The position numbers and the translations under genes were made by a program. This document shows positions 1-11,589 of a stretch of 64,000 nucleotides of DNA, one piece after another. The DNA is from Laetmonice hystrix. Its lineage: Eukaryota. Positions within the stretch are counted from its first letter, which is position 1. Every line of letters begins with the position of its first letter. The stretch is from positions 25,608,001-25,672,000 of the forward strand of contig OZ249436.1 in assembly GCA_965235115.1 (NCBI GenBank), given 5' to 3'. The notes below the pieces were generated by a model. That model was given only the letters and a program-made list of their open reading frames with translations, was not told where the DNA came from and searched no databases.

Positions 1-3000
1 GCAACCCACTCTGGTCTTTGCAATCTTTTTCAATATGCGTTAACATTTGTGACCAGCTCAACGCGCCTTGTAAAATTTTTCAAAGTGCGTAAAAGTGTGT
101 GTCCACCCCGACACGCTTTCCAAACCACTATACCCACCGAGCGACATCCACTCAAATACAGGCTTCGACCGATCCTCACTGTGCCAATAATCCGCCACAA
201 GGCAAATTCAGTCAATGCAAGCTGGAAAATCGAATGTCAAACCTAATGCTCCCGCCCCCAGCACGTTAACTGAAAATAATCAACTAGCTTGAAAACTAGA
301 ATATAGCTTTGTTTAGCTAACAATCTACTCTCCCAGCGCCATCAACTCGCATACAGGCGTAAAAGCAAACGCACTGCCCCATATAATGCTCCCAGCCTAA
401 AACGATGTTGCAATTAATTTAAAATTAACAAGATGCACTAGTAATCCGATCCAAGCCTAATTACGTCATTGCTAGTTTCATAACCAAATCTCACAGAAAA
501 TACCCCACCCGGGCACATAACCTGAAAATATTCAACTTTTATCTCCAATGTATCCCTGTGCACCTAGTAGCACCCAAGCGGGCCCAATTTTGACATTCCA
601 ACACAAATACCGCAAATACCCGCCTAATGGCACAAAAAACTTTCTACCCCGTTGCAAGTCACATTAGCTTGCTGCTTGCCGTAAAAAATGGTGCAGACCA
701 TTTCTAAAGTCACAGTACCCCACTCCCGGCCTAATATTACGTTTCAGTATCCATATACGCTGCAAGCGGCAGGAACTCGAATACAGGCCTAAAAGTAACC
801 CCTGTCTAGCAATATCATACTCCTATGCCATATACGAGCTTGTAATTATCTTTAATTAATGGGCTCCGCAGCACCAACCCACTGCATTAACATTTGTTTA
901 CCAGCTTAACGCACCTTGTAAAATTTTTTCAAGTGCGTAAAAATGCGTGTCCACCTCCACATACTTTAAAAATCACTATACCCACCCAGCGACATCCACT
1001 CTAATACACGCCTAAAAGGAACTTCACTGTCCCATTTGATTCTCCAGCACGTATAGGATGTTTCAAGTAACATTCATCCACGGTCTGGCCCAATAACGTG
1101 CAACAAGGCATAGTAAGTCAATGCGAGCTCGCATGTCAAACCTAACCCGCCCCCCAGCACATGAGCTGAAAATATTCAAATAGCTTGAAAACTAGAATAT
1201 AGCTTTGCTTAATACCATTATACCATCAACTCGCATTACAGGCCTAATGCGAAGCTCCCAGCCTAAAACGAGTTTCCAATTAATTTAGAGTTAACAAGAT
1301 GCACTAATAATCGATTCCAAGCCTAATTAGGCCATTGCTAGTTGGATAACCAAATCTCATGGACTTCTCCAGCACGTATAGGATGTTTCAAGTAACATTC
1401 ATCCACGGTCTGGCCCAATAACGTGCAACAAGGCATAGTAAGTCAATGCGAGCTCGCATGTCAAACCTAACCCGCCCCCCAGCACATGAGCTGAAAATAT
1501 TCAAATAGCTTGAAAACTAGAATATAGCTTTGCTTAATACCATTATACCATCAACTCGCATTACAGGCCTAATGCGAAGGTCCCAGCCTAAAACGAGTTT
1601 CCAATTAATTTAAAGTTAACAAGATGCACTAATAATCGATTCCAAGCCTAATTAGGCCATTGCTAGTTGGATAACCAAATCTCATACAAAATACACCCTC
1701 CCGGCAGATGACCTGAGAATATTCAACTCTTATGTCCGATATATCCCTGTCCGCTTAGTAGCACCCAGCCGTGCCCCCATTTTGACATTGAAACACCAAT
1801 ACAGCAAGTGCCCAGCTAACAGCACAAATAACAGGATTCAGGGCTTCCTACCACGTTACAAGTCACAATAGATTGCTGCCTGTCGTAAAAATATACCAGA
1901 CCATTTTAAAAAGTCACAGAACCCCAATCCGGCCCTAATATGTCACTCCCAGTACCAATACACGCTGGAAGCACCATCAACTGAAATTCACACCTAGAAC
2001 CCACCTCTCTCTACCAATATCATGCACCTAGTCCGTATACGAGGTTGTAATTTACTTTAATCAACGGGCTGCGCCGCAGCAACCCACTCTGGTCTTTGCA
2101 ATCTTTTTCAATATGCGTTAACATTTGTGACCAGCTCAACGCGCCTTGTAAAATTTTTCAAAGTGCGTAAAAGTGTGTGTCCACCCCGACACGCTTTCCA
2201 AACCACTATACCCACCGAGCGACATCCACTCAAATACAGGCTTCGACCGATCCTCACTGTGCCAATAATCCGCCACAAGGCAAATTCAGTCAATGCAAGC
2301 TGGAAAATCGAATGTCAAACCTAATGCTCCCGCCCCCAGCACGTTAACTGAAAATAATCAACTAGCTTGAAAACTAGAATATAGCTTTGTTTAGCTAACA
2401 ATCTACTCTCCCAGCGCCATCAACTCGCATACAGGCGTAAAAGCAAACGCACTGCCCCATATAATGCTCCCAGCCTAAAACGATGTTGCAATTAATTTAA
2501 AATTAACAAGATGCACTAGTAATCCGATCCAAGCCTAATTACGTCATTGCTAGTTTCATAACCAAATCTCACAGAAAATACCCCACCCGGGCACATAACC
2601 TGAAAATATTCAACTTTTATCTCCAATGTATCCCTGTGCACCTAGTAGCACCCAAGCGGGCCCAATTTTGACATTCCAACACAAATACCGCAAATACCCG
2701 CCTAATGGCACAAAAAACTTTCTACCCCGTTGCAAGTCACATTAGCTTGCTGCTTGTCGTAAAAAATGGTGCAGACCATTTCTAAAGTCACAGTACCCCA
2801 CTCCCGGCCTAATATTACGTTTCAGTATCCATATACGCTGCAAGCGGCAGGAACTCGAATACAGGCCTAAAAGTAACCCCAGTCTAGCAATATCATACTC
2901 CCATGCCATATACGAGCTTGTAATTATCTTTAATTAATGGGCTCCGCAGCACCAACCCACTGCATTAACATTTGTTTACCAGCTTAACGCACCTTGTAAA

Positions 3001-4686
3001 ATTTTTTCAAGTGCGTAAAAATGCGTGTCCACCTCCACATACTTTAAAAATCACTATACCCACCCAGCGACATCCACTCTAATACACGCCTAAAAGGAAC
3101 TTCACTGTCCCATTTGATTCTCCAGCACGTATAGGATGTTTCAAGTAACATTCATCCACGGTCTGGCCCAATAACGTGCAACAAGGCATAGTAAGTCAAT
3201 GCGAGCTCGCATGTCAAACCTAACCCGCCCCCCAGCACATGAGCTGAAAATATTCAAATAGCTTGAAAACTAGAATATAGCTTTGCTTAATACCATTATA
3301 CCATCAACTCGCATTACAGGCCTAATGCGAAGCTCCCAGCCTAAAACGAGTTTCCAATTAATTTAGAGTTAACAAGATGCACTAATAATCGATTCCAAGC
3401 CTAATTAGGCCATTGCTAGTTGGATAACCAAATCTCATACAAAATACACCCTCCCGGCAGATGACCTGAGAATATTCAACTCTTATGTCCGATATATCCC
3501 TGTCCGCTTAGTAGCACCCAGCCGGGCCCCCATTTTGACATTGCAACACCAATACAGCAAGTGCCCAGCTAACAGCACAAATAACAGGATTCAGGGCTTC
3601 CTACCACGTTACAAGTCACAATAGATTGCTGCCTGTCGTAAAAATATACCAGACCATTTTAAAAAGTCACAGAACCCCAATCCGGCCCTAATATGTCACT
3701 CCCAGTACCAATACACGCTGGAAGCACCATCAACTGAAATTCAGGCCTAGAACCCACCTCTCTCTACCAATATCATGCACCTAGTCCGTATACGAGGTTG
3801 TAATTTACTTTAATCAACGGGCTGTGCCGCAGCAACCCACTCTGGTCTTTGCAATCTTTTTCAATATGCGTTAACATTTGTGACCAGCTCAACGCGCCTT
3901 GTAAAATTTTTCAAAGTGCGTAAAAGTGTGTGTCCACCCCGACACGCTTTCCAAACCACTATACCCACCGAGCGACATCCACTCAAATACAGGCTTCGAC
4001 CGATCCTCACTGTGCCAATAATCCGCCACAAGGCAAATTCAGTCAATGCAAGCTGGAAAATCGAATGTCAAACCTAATGCTCCCCCCCCCCAGCACGTTA
4101 ACTGAAAATAATCAACTAGCTTGAAAACTAGAATATAGCTTTGTTTAGCTAACAATCTACTCTCCCAGCGCCATCAACTCGCATACAGGCGTAAAAGCAA
4201 ACGCACTGCCCCATATAATGCTCCCAGCCTAAAACGATGTTGCAATTAATTTAAAATTAACAAGATGCACTAGTAATCCGATCCAAGCCTAATTACGTCA
4301 TTGCTAGTTTCATAACCAAATCTCACAGAAAATACCCCACCCGGGCACATAACCTGAAAATATTCAACTTTTATCTCCAATGTATCCCTGTGCACCTAGT
4401 AGCACCCAAGCGGGCCCAATTTTGACATTCCAACACAAATACCGCAAATACCCGCCTAATGGCACAAAAAACGTTCTACCCCGTTGCAAGTCACATTAGC
4501 TTGCTGCTTGTCGTAAAAAATGGTGCAGACCATTTCTAAAGTCACAGTACCCCACTCCCGGCCTAATATTACGTTTCAGTATCCATATACGCTGCAAGCG
4601 GCAGGAACTCGAATACAGGCCTAAAAGTAACCCCAGTCTAGCAATATCATACTCCCATGCCATATACCAGCTTGTAATTATCTTTA
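1..4686. repeat. 1753-bp satellite array, block 1 (unit = dimer of diverged monomers A and B)
   Basis: The unit start GCAACCCACTCTGG recurs at 1, 2079 and 3832 (periods 2078 and 1753). Monomer A (1-870) and monomer B (from 871) align with each other, e.g. TTAACATTTGT..ACCAGCT.AACGC.CCTTGTAAAATTTTT. Confidence 0.97.
1040..1685. repeat. 321-bp tandem duplication inside the first satellite unit
   Basis: 1040-1360 is repeated at 1365-1685 with a 4-bp filler GGAC, which accounts for the 2078 vs 1753 period. Confidence 0.92.
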
Positions 4687-4922
4687 TCACACTTTGTCCG
4701 GTGAGAGAAGAACCTAGCTAGTTTGGTAAATGGTGGTAAAAATACAAATGCGTGATGTGTAGTAAAAGGTCATTTAATAACGACTTCAAACATATATACA
4801 ATAGTGACTGGGGTTGCCAACCAAAAGTCAAGTATGACTGTACAATATAGGACTGGCAACCCCCCCGAGTAGGCACAACTTTTGCCATACATTTAGCAAA
4901 GATGGGGTCTAAAAAACCACCC
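4687..4922 (-). repeat. Ngaro split direct repeat B2 (3' terminus)
   Basis: 236 bp matching 5196-5431 (offset 509). Confidence 0.93.
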
Positions 4923-4992
4923 CATCGAAGGTACAGTATAACCACAATAAATGACACACTTAGTAAGATGGTGGCAAGGGAGGTGGGTGGGT

Positions 4993-5191
4993 ATGGACTT
5001 GTTAGAAGTAGTTGTTTCGCGTACGGTTGACTTGAAACAAAGGGATCGTGACCTCTGCTGATTGGCTAATCAGGGGGTCAACGTAAAAAAGGCACCAGGG
5101 GGCGATGGTGTGTGTTGTAGGTAACCGTAAGGAGTCGCCACCTTGTCCACCTCCCAAGTTTGATAAATTGCATTATGGCTATAATGTTGTA
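4993..5191 (-). repeat. Ngaro split direct repeat A2
   Basis: 199 bp matching 11590-11788; one substitution seen (AAAGGGATC vs AAAGAGATC). Confidence 0.93.
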
Positions 5192-5195
5192 TTTA

Positions 5196-5431
5196 TCACA
5201 CTTTGTCCGGTGAGAGAAGAACCTAGCTAGTTTGGTAAATGGTGGTAAAAATACAAATGCGTGATGTGTAGTAAAAGGTCATTTAATAACGACTTCAAAC
5301 ATATATACAATAGTGACTGGGGTTGCCAACCAAAAGTCAAGTATGACTGTACAATATAGGACTGGCAACCCCCCCGAGTAGGCACAACTTTTGCCATACA
5401 TTTAGCAAAGATGGGGTCTAAAAAACCACCC
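5196..5431 (-). repeat. Ngaro split direct repeat B1
   Basis: Copy of 4687-4922, abutting A2 through TTTA. Confidence 0.93.
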
Positions 5432-5621
5432 AGTCTGACAGACTACCCCATCCAGGAAATTTCTCTCACCGTTACATGGAAACATCTAGCGACTAGACGG
5501 AAAAAATTACGAACAAGTAATAGCTGTTGTGGGTGGAAAAAGGGGGTGCCTGACCACCCTAACCTACAAAAAGGGGTAGATGGGGGGGCTCTGGCTCCTC
5601 TAAAAAGTTGTGGGTTTTTAC

Positions 5622-6080
5622 GATGGGGAAAGACTCTGCTTGAACCCCTAAAACTTTACTGAGGTTGAGGGTATTTACCAGGAGTAGGTAGATGGGGGAA
5701 GACTCTGCTTGACCCCCCTAAGCTAATTTGCTAAGGTTGAGGGTTTTTACAGGAGTAGGTAGATGGGGGAAGACTCTGCTTGACCCCCCTAAGCTAATTT
5801 GCTAAGGTTGAGGGTTTTTACAAGGGGTAGGTAGATGGGGGAAGACTCTGCTTGACTCCCCTAAGCTAATTTGCTAAGGTTGAGGGTTTTATTTACATTA
5901 TTTACAGAAGGTAGGTGAATGGGAGAAGACTCCGGTTGGCCCCCCTTAAAAAACTTTCTTAAGGTGAGGGTTTTGGAAAGGCCGGGTAACCAGGGGAAGA
6001 CTCTGCTTGACCCCCCTAACTCAGAAAAATCGGGGTCCCTACCTGGGATAGATACCTGGGGAGAAGACTAGTGGACCCCC
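5622..6080. repeat. ~71-bp minisatellite in the Ngaro 3' region
   Basis: GATGGGGGAAGACTCTGCTTGACCCCC at 5691, 5762 and 5834, with degenerate flanking copies. Confidence 0.85.
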
Positions 6081-6083
6081 AGT

Positions 6084-6995
6084 CTATCGGACAGTTAAAG
6101 ATGGGATCCTTATGTATTTCCTATAGGCTGAACTAGACCAGCGACCCATGGCCTGAATCTGGGCATCTGACGCCCCCAAGATAGCGGCATGGGTAGCAGC
6201 CCCAATCCTGAACGAATGGGTTTTATAATGGCGAGGATCGAGACCCACCCAGGCCAGAGATCGCTGAAAAATGGAGTCAAACCAGGAGCGGGTGATTGGT
6301 TCCCCCCGGGAAAAAACAAATAGGGGGCCCCTGGAGGGACCCCTGGTCTGGCAATACGAGTAGAGGGCCTGGACAGGGCAGTGGGGGGTAGACGTGGATT
6401 GAATGGATATAGAGGTAGGGTGAGTGGTCTTTTTGTGTTTGTACTGACGGATGACTACCACCATGCCCGACAACACCCCGTCTGTGGACTGGAAAGTTAC
6501 ATCCTCGAACTGGATTGAATGATTTGGGGTAGATGGGGAATAAGTGACCTCCCCAATACGTAGACATGCGTTGAAAAGGAGAAGGTACATGGCCGACATG
6601 ATAGACCGGGAGTATCGGGAAGACTCTATGTGGGGAAGTGAATCGACCAGGGAGTGGAGGGTGCGGATCTGGATCGGTTTTCTGTTGTCAGGAGCAGCGG
6701 CCATATTGCGCGCGCCCCCCAGGAGTTTTTTAATGATGAATGACTCTGTTGGATCTGGGGACTGGATAAGTTTATGGATAAAGGATATGGCAGATACATG
6801 GGAGGTGATTGAGCTCGGTGCATATCCCTGGGCAAATAGGTAAGCAATATAAGTGGATACCGTCTGAGTGTTGGCAGGGATGGGTGACAAATTGGTGGGA
6901 AAGAATGACTGGGAGAAACTTGCGAATCGTGTTATAGATGACTGGTAGGCTGTCCGAGTATTTGGAGCCACAGAAGCCAGGAGGAGTTGCCTCAC
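6084..6995 (-). CDS. Tyrosine recombinase of the Ngaro element
   Basis: 303 aa with catalytic motifs LRIGE, HSFRIGAAT and GRWSSSAY. The true start is uncertain because it overlaps the end of RT/RH. Confidence 0.93.
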   Translation of the reverse strand: MRQLLLASVAPNTRTAYQSSITRFASFSQSFFPTNLSPIPANTQTVSTYIAYLFAQGYAPSSITSHVSAISFIHKLIQSPDPTESFIIKKLLGGARNMAAAPDNRKPIQIRTLHSLVDSLPHIESSRYSRSIMSAMYLLLFNACLRIGEVTYSPSTPNHSIQFEDVTFQSTDGVLSGMVVVIRQYKHKKTTHPTSISIQSTSTPHCPVQALYSYCQTRGPSRGPLFVFSRGEPITRSWFDSIFQRSLAWVGLDPRHYKTHSFRIGAATHAAILGASDAQIQAMGRWSSSAYRKYIRIPSLTVR

Positions 6996-8737
6996 AATAT
7001 GTTGGAGGGAAGCAGGTGTTGTGGGAGCACGGTTGGGTCCCTTGCAAGCCCCGGGGCTGCCGACCTGGCTTCTGGAATCTGAAACCGTGACAGTCTATCA
7101 GCAATGACATTAATGTGGCCAGGAACATGTTTAGCCTTAAAAAGAATGTTGAACTTGAGTGAAGATAAAACTAGTCTCCGTACCAAGACCATAATGTTTG
7201 GCTGTCTGCTAGATTGTTTGTTCAGTATTTCGACGACCCCCATATTGTCTGAGAATAAAAGAACACAATGATTGGCCAGTTTTGATCCCCAAAGTTCCAG
7301 GGCCAGCATCACTGGATAGAGTTCCAACATGGTAATACTAAAATGTGCCCATGATGGTGGCCAACGACCGTTCACCCAGGCAGAGCCGTAGACTGCTGCA
7401 AAGCCAATAGACCCTGACGAATCCGTGTACAGGTGGATCTTCTCTGATTTCAGCCAGTGTTGGTCCAAAAACATGTAGGAACCATTAAAAGAGGATAAAA
7501 ATGACAACCAAGCTTTAAGGTCAGCCCTTGCTTCCTTAGTTATGCGCACATGGTGGGATGGTTTAGTGACCCCTTTGGTTAGGTCCATGAGGCGGCGACT
7601 GAATGCCCGTCCAGGGATGATCGCTTTACAGGCAAAGTTCAAGGAACCGACAATAGATTGGATATCCTTGAGTGTTAGTGACTTACGTCTATGGGCTTCA
7701 GTAATTGAGTTCCGTAGTGGTAAAACCTTGTCCTGGGGAATAGAGATCCTCAGCTGTAGGGTGTCGACTTCGATGCCATGCAAAATGACTTTGGCAGAAG
7801 GGAAAACTGTTTTTGACTGTTTCAAAGGAATGGCGAGGCGTTTGCATAGTTGAAAAAATCGTGCCAGGTTATCCGCACATTGATTTGACCGAGGCGGGCC
7901 AAAAAACATGAAATCGTCCAATATGTGTGACATGGGTGAAATAGCAAATTTGTTCATGGCTATCCATTGTACAGCACAGCTAAACGACTCAAAGATACTG
8001 CATGACGAAGAACACCCCATTGGTAGACATCTGTCAAAATAATACTTGCCATTCCATTTGAAACCAAGGAGTTCATAGTCTGTAGGATGTATGGGTATAA
8101 TCCTGTATGCTGATTCTATATCGGCTTTCGCCACCAAGCACCCCCGGCCATATTGATGTATGGTAGCGATTGCGTAATCTAGATCGTCATAGGAGACAGC
8201 TGAGGCTTCTTGTGGAATATTAGAGTTAATGGACAGACCTGGTCTGAATTTTGGGTGCGACAGGTCATGGATCAAACGGAACTCACCTGGCTCCTTTTTC
8301 GGAACCAGGCCTAGTGGCGAGACTTGCAAATTGGGGAATGGCGGGGCATCAAACGGGCCCGCTATCCTGCCCAGAGAAAGTTCGGAAGATAATTTTCTTG
8401 CCACCAGGTCGGGTTGTCCCATCGCGGAAGGGTGGTTTTTGTAGGTGTGGGGAGCCCTGGGTCCCACGAACTCCAAGCGGAAACCATGTCTGAAACCCTC
8501 TGTGAGGTAGGAAGTTTCTGAGGGGTCGTAACCCTGAAGGAGGGACTGGAGCGCAGTCACATTGATGGGGGTTGGAAGGGGGCCCCACCTCTCATTGGCG
8601 AGGTTTTTGTTGGCGGGCCGATGACTGGTGTGTAGCCCTAGTGCACCTGACACCTGGGTGGGCCCCCTCACACTTGTAGCATCGGTGCTTATGGGGGCAT
8701 TTGGGCCTGTCACACTTTCTGCCCCCCTGATATGCAA
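6992..8737 (-). CDS. Reverse transcriptase / RNase H (DIRS/Ngaro type)
   Basis: RT motifs SPLGLVPKK, FRLIHDLS, KADIESAY, LPMG and ILDDF. RNase H motifs YTDSS, LELYP, SDN and HVPGHINVIADRLSR. Confidence 0.95.
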   Translation of the reverse strand: MHIRGAESVTGPNAPISTDATSVRGPTQVSGALGLHTSHRPANKNLANERWGPLPTPINVTALQSLLQGYDPSETSYLTEGFRHGFRLEFVGPRAPHTYKNHPSAMGQPDLVARKLSSELSLGRIAGPFDAPPFPNLQVSPLGLVPKKEPGEFRLIHDLSHPKFRPGLSINSNIPQEASAVSYDDLDYAIATIHQYGRGCLVAKADIESAYRIIPIHPTDYELLGFKWNGKYYFDRCLPMGCSSSCSIFESFSCAVQWIAMNKFAISPMSHILDDFMFFGPPRSNQCADNLARFFQLCKRLAIPLKQSKTVFPSAKVILHGIEVDTLQLRISIPQDKVLPLRNSITEAHRRKSLTLKDIQSIVGSLNFACKAIIPGRAFSRRLMDLTKGVTKPSHHVRITKEARADLKAWLSFLSSFNGSYMFLDQHWLKSEKIHLYTDSSGSIGFAAVYGSAWVNGRWPPSWAHFSITMLELYPVMLALELWGSKLANHCVLLFSDNMGVVEILNKQSSRQPNIMVLVRRLVLSSLKFNILFKAKHVPGHINVIADRLSRFQIPEARSAAPGLARDPTVLPQHLLPSNIL

Positions 8738-9656
8738 AGCAGTACCCGGTTGGATATCGTGGCTCCCTCGTAGAGCCTTGCAAATGAGTGGGGCGCTGGG
8801 CAGAGGATGGCCCGCGAAAAGGCTGTCTCTGAGGTGGTTGCTGGGTTGATGTCACCATGCACCTCAGGTACAGATATCCCAGGGGGCTGCCCCATGGGAC
8901 TGGCTGGCTTGCCCGTGTTCGGCGAAACTGTTCGTCATAATAGCGCCAAGCCAGTGGGGGGCCCCGCCGGGACATGTCTCTAATAGTCTCGGCGTACCTC
9001 AAAAGATCCACAGCCCGGTCTGGATGGCGGGCCAGGTAAATGCTGGCGAAGACCAGCCAGGCATCTGTCCATCGCTCGATGGACGCGATCTTTTTCTGAC
9101 CGCCGCTTGACGTGATGGATGCCACTGAACCGGAAATGGAGATCGCCAGATCAGGGGACGTCTGCCCGGCTGATGTGGCGAGGAGTTCGTAGAACTCCAC
9201 AAACTGATCACTGACAATCATCGACTTCAGTTTGTCCGGCACATGAACCCCAAGGGGGGAGTGGGGCAAATCAGGCAGTGGTTGGGATACCGGTGACTCA
9301 CCTGGCAAATTGCCCGCCAAGAAATCACTGAGCACTGTTGATATGGGGGACGTGACCCATGAGTCGCCTGACGTCGTAGGGGGCTGGTCTTGCGTTCGAG
9401 TGGCGTTCGATGTGGACGGTGTTACTGCAGGTGGAGGTCTTGCTGGGTTGGCATCGATGGTATGGGCGGCTGGTTTGGCAGGTGATGAACGAATCTCATC
9501 CATGGCAGCCCTGACCTCCTGGCGGATGGCTTCGGCCATTGCCGGATCCAGACACGCTGATGACGAAGTCGCCCTGGTGTTCCGGGCAGCAGCCACACCC
9601 TTGGATGACTTCGTCTTGGTGCCCTTCTTCGGCTGTGGTGGCCGCTTAGGGGGCAT
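8592..9656 (-). CDS. Gag-like ORF of the Ngaro element with C-terminal Cys/His finger
   Basis: Helical core (WTDAW..F..IY, W..YDEQFR) and CFAYQGGRKCDRPKCPHKHRCYKCEGAH. ATG at 9656 (CACCATG) preferred over the track start at 9671. Confidence 0.88.
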   Translation of the reverse strand: MPPKRPPQPKKGTKTKSSKGVAAARNTRATSSSACLDPAMAEAIRQEVRAAMDEIRSSPAKPAAHTIDANPARPPPAVTPSTSNATRTQDQPPTTSGDSWVTSPISTVLSDFLAGNLPGESPVSQPLPDLPHSPLGVHVPDKLKSMIVSDQFVEFYELLATSAGQTSPDLAISISGSVASITSSGGQKKIASIERWTDAWLVFASIYLARHPDRAVDLLRYAETIRDMSRRGPPLAWRYYDEQFRRTRASQPVPWGSPLGYLYLRCMVTSTQQPPQRQPFRGPSSAQRPTHLQGSTREPRYPTGYCFAYQGGRKCDRPKCPHKHRCYKCEGAHPGVRCTRATHQSSARQQKPRQ

Positions 9657-10106
9657 GGTGCCTAGAAACAAACCAAAGGCGAACAGCAGGAGACTCTATG
9701 TGGCATGTAGGCACTAGGTAAAGGTGTTAAAATTGATGTGACGCAACTGAATCAATCAGCCAGATAAATAATGATAGAAACCCAACATTGGCATGAAAAT
9801 GAATAACATAATCCAACATTGCCACGAAATTGGACAATAAAATCTGAGAAATCCGAGCATGTGACTGGGCATAATAAAAAACGACTGACAATCGAGACAA
9901 GAACAATCAAGATAAAATCACTACAAAAGACAATAAATACTTGTCGAGTATGAGGTAGTGACACGAGTATATATGTATATAGCATGAGTGGTGACTTGGG
10001 ATTGTAAACTGAAATAGGAACACACATAGAATTAGTTTGGTGGGAACAAAATATGGTTATCCAGTTGCAGCAGGGAGAGGGCTGACCAACCGCACGGTGA
10101 CAGATG

Positions 10107-10450
10107 ATAGCAGCTATGTGGGGCTGCAAGGCTAACAAGCCTGTTGACAGGTGACAAGGAACTATGTGGGGTTGCAGTAGGTTATAACAAGCATGGTGAC
10201 AGGTGACAAGCAGCTATGTGGGGCTGCAGTAGGCTATAACAAGCCTGTTGACAAGTGACAAGCAGCTATGTGGGGCTGCAGTAGGCTATAACAAGCCTGT
10301 TGACAAGTGACAAGCAGCTATGGGGGGCTGCAGTAGGCTATAACAAGCCTGTTGACAAGTGACAAGCAGCTATGGGGGGCTGCAGTAGGCTATAACAAGC
10401 CTGTTGACAAGTGACAAGCAGCTATGTGGGGCTGCAGTAGGCTAACACGC
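10107..10450. repeat. 52-bp minisatellite in the Ngaro 5' region
   Basis: AGCAGCTATGTGGGGCTGCAGTAGGCTATAACAAGCCTGTTGACAAGTGACA at 10261, 10313 and neighbouring positions; about 6 copies. Confidence 0.9.
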
Positions 10451-10796
10451 CTATTGACATAAATTAGATAGGCAGGTATCAGGAGCTGAAAATGGGATAG
10501 CGACCTGTTGAGAGGTATTATAACTTATAAACAGGTATGTGGGGCTGCGGTAGGGTAATAAGCCTGTTGGGATGGCGGACCAGGCGAGTGGCGTGGAAAT
10601 GGGTGGAAGCCTGTTGGAGCGGAACTCTGGGGCTCCGAACTACACATTATCTCCAGTGAGTACAGTCTTGGTGGAGTGACCCCCCCCCCTCGCTGAAATG
10701 CAAAACATGTAATTGGGTCCCGCTACCTGAAAATTATCCAGTACTTATTAAAAAGGCTTCGGGCAGAGGAGACACAAAAAAAGGGGGGGGGGGTGA

Positions 10797-11411
10797 TTAA
10801 CACTCCAAGCATTTAATAATGGCACTCTTGACATTCCTGGTATATTTCCTCATTCCGTCGGAGTTGAGATGGGTGCCGTCCGGACACAGGAACGAACTCG
10901 GGTCCGAGTAGAGGCCACGCTGTGGGCAGAAGACGAGAGAATCGGATACTTGGGAAGCATCCCTGAGTTTATCATTCGCCTGTTGAAAAACAGCATTAAA
11001 ATCAGATCGGGTACGTCGTTTGCCCCCCCGTGTGTTGGGGATAAGGCGGGGAATGATGCCGAACATAATTACTAAGCGGACATCTGGTAAATCAGCGATT
11101 TCTCTTGCCAAAGAAACAATGGCGGACCCCACCGAATCTGGGTCAGCGTCCCGCAGAGCTAGGTCGTTGGTGCCTATATCGAGCAGAATGTGGGTCGCCT
11201 GCAAATCCCACAGAAAAGGGATTAACTCGGCCCTCAAAGCCGCAACGTTGGCGCCCGGGTATCCCTGTAAGAAGAAGGAGAAATCTTTTCTGAGATTGAA
11301 CCGTAGATCGCAAGCGTGGTTCTCCCGCCTATCCTTCAGCAGGCGAGATACGAACGAATGGCCCGCCAAGACGATGGTTGGGGGGGCCGTCATAGCGGCC
11401 ATTGCATGCAT
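10797..11411 (-). CDS. SGNH/GDSL hydrolase (esterase) carried by the Ngaro element
   Basis: All four SGNH blocks: IVLAGHSF (I), GYPGA (II), IGTNDL (III), DGTHLN (V). Confidence 0.9.
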   Translation of the reverse strand: MHAMAAMTAPPTIVLAGHSFVSRLLKDRRENHACDLRFNLRKDFSFFLQGYPGANVAALRAELIPFLWDLQATHILLDIGTNDLALRDADPDSVGSAIVSLAREIADLPDVRLVIMFGIIPRLIPNTRGGKRRTRSDFNAVFQQANDKLRDASQVSDSLVFCPQRGLYSDPSSFLCPDGTHLNSDGMRKYTRNVKSAIIKCLEC

Positions 11412-11589
11412 TGCAGGAAATTAGCTCGAAGTTTGAGGAGAGCTGTATATGTGAGCAAAAAACACCCAAACAGGGGCAGCACTTACGTTGGCAAAGGGTG
11501 TCCCCGCTCGGTGCTGTTGGGTCCGATGAAGGATGTCAAACTTGATGAGGTGTGGCGATGCCAGGGGCGGCAAAAAACGCACAAAAAAG

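Noticed and set aside
30..246. Recurrent 61-65 aa ORFs in every satellite unit
   Set aside because: They overlap on both strands, show no domain motifs and recur only because the unit is repeated.
6084..6995. Phage integrase or bacterial contamination
   Set aside because: The recombinase sits with gag, RT/RH and split direct repeats, which defines an Ngaro retrotransposon.
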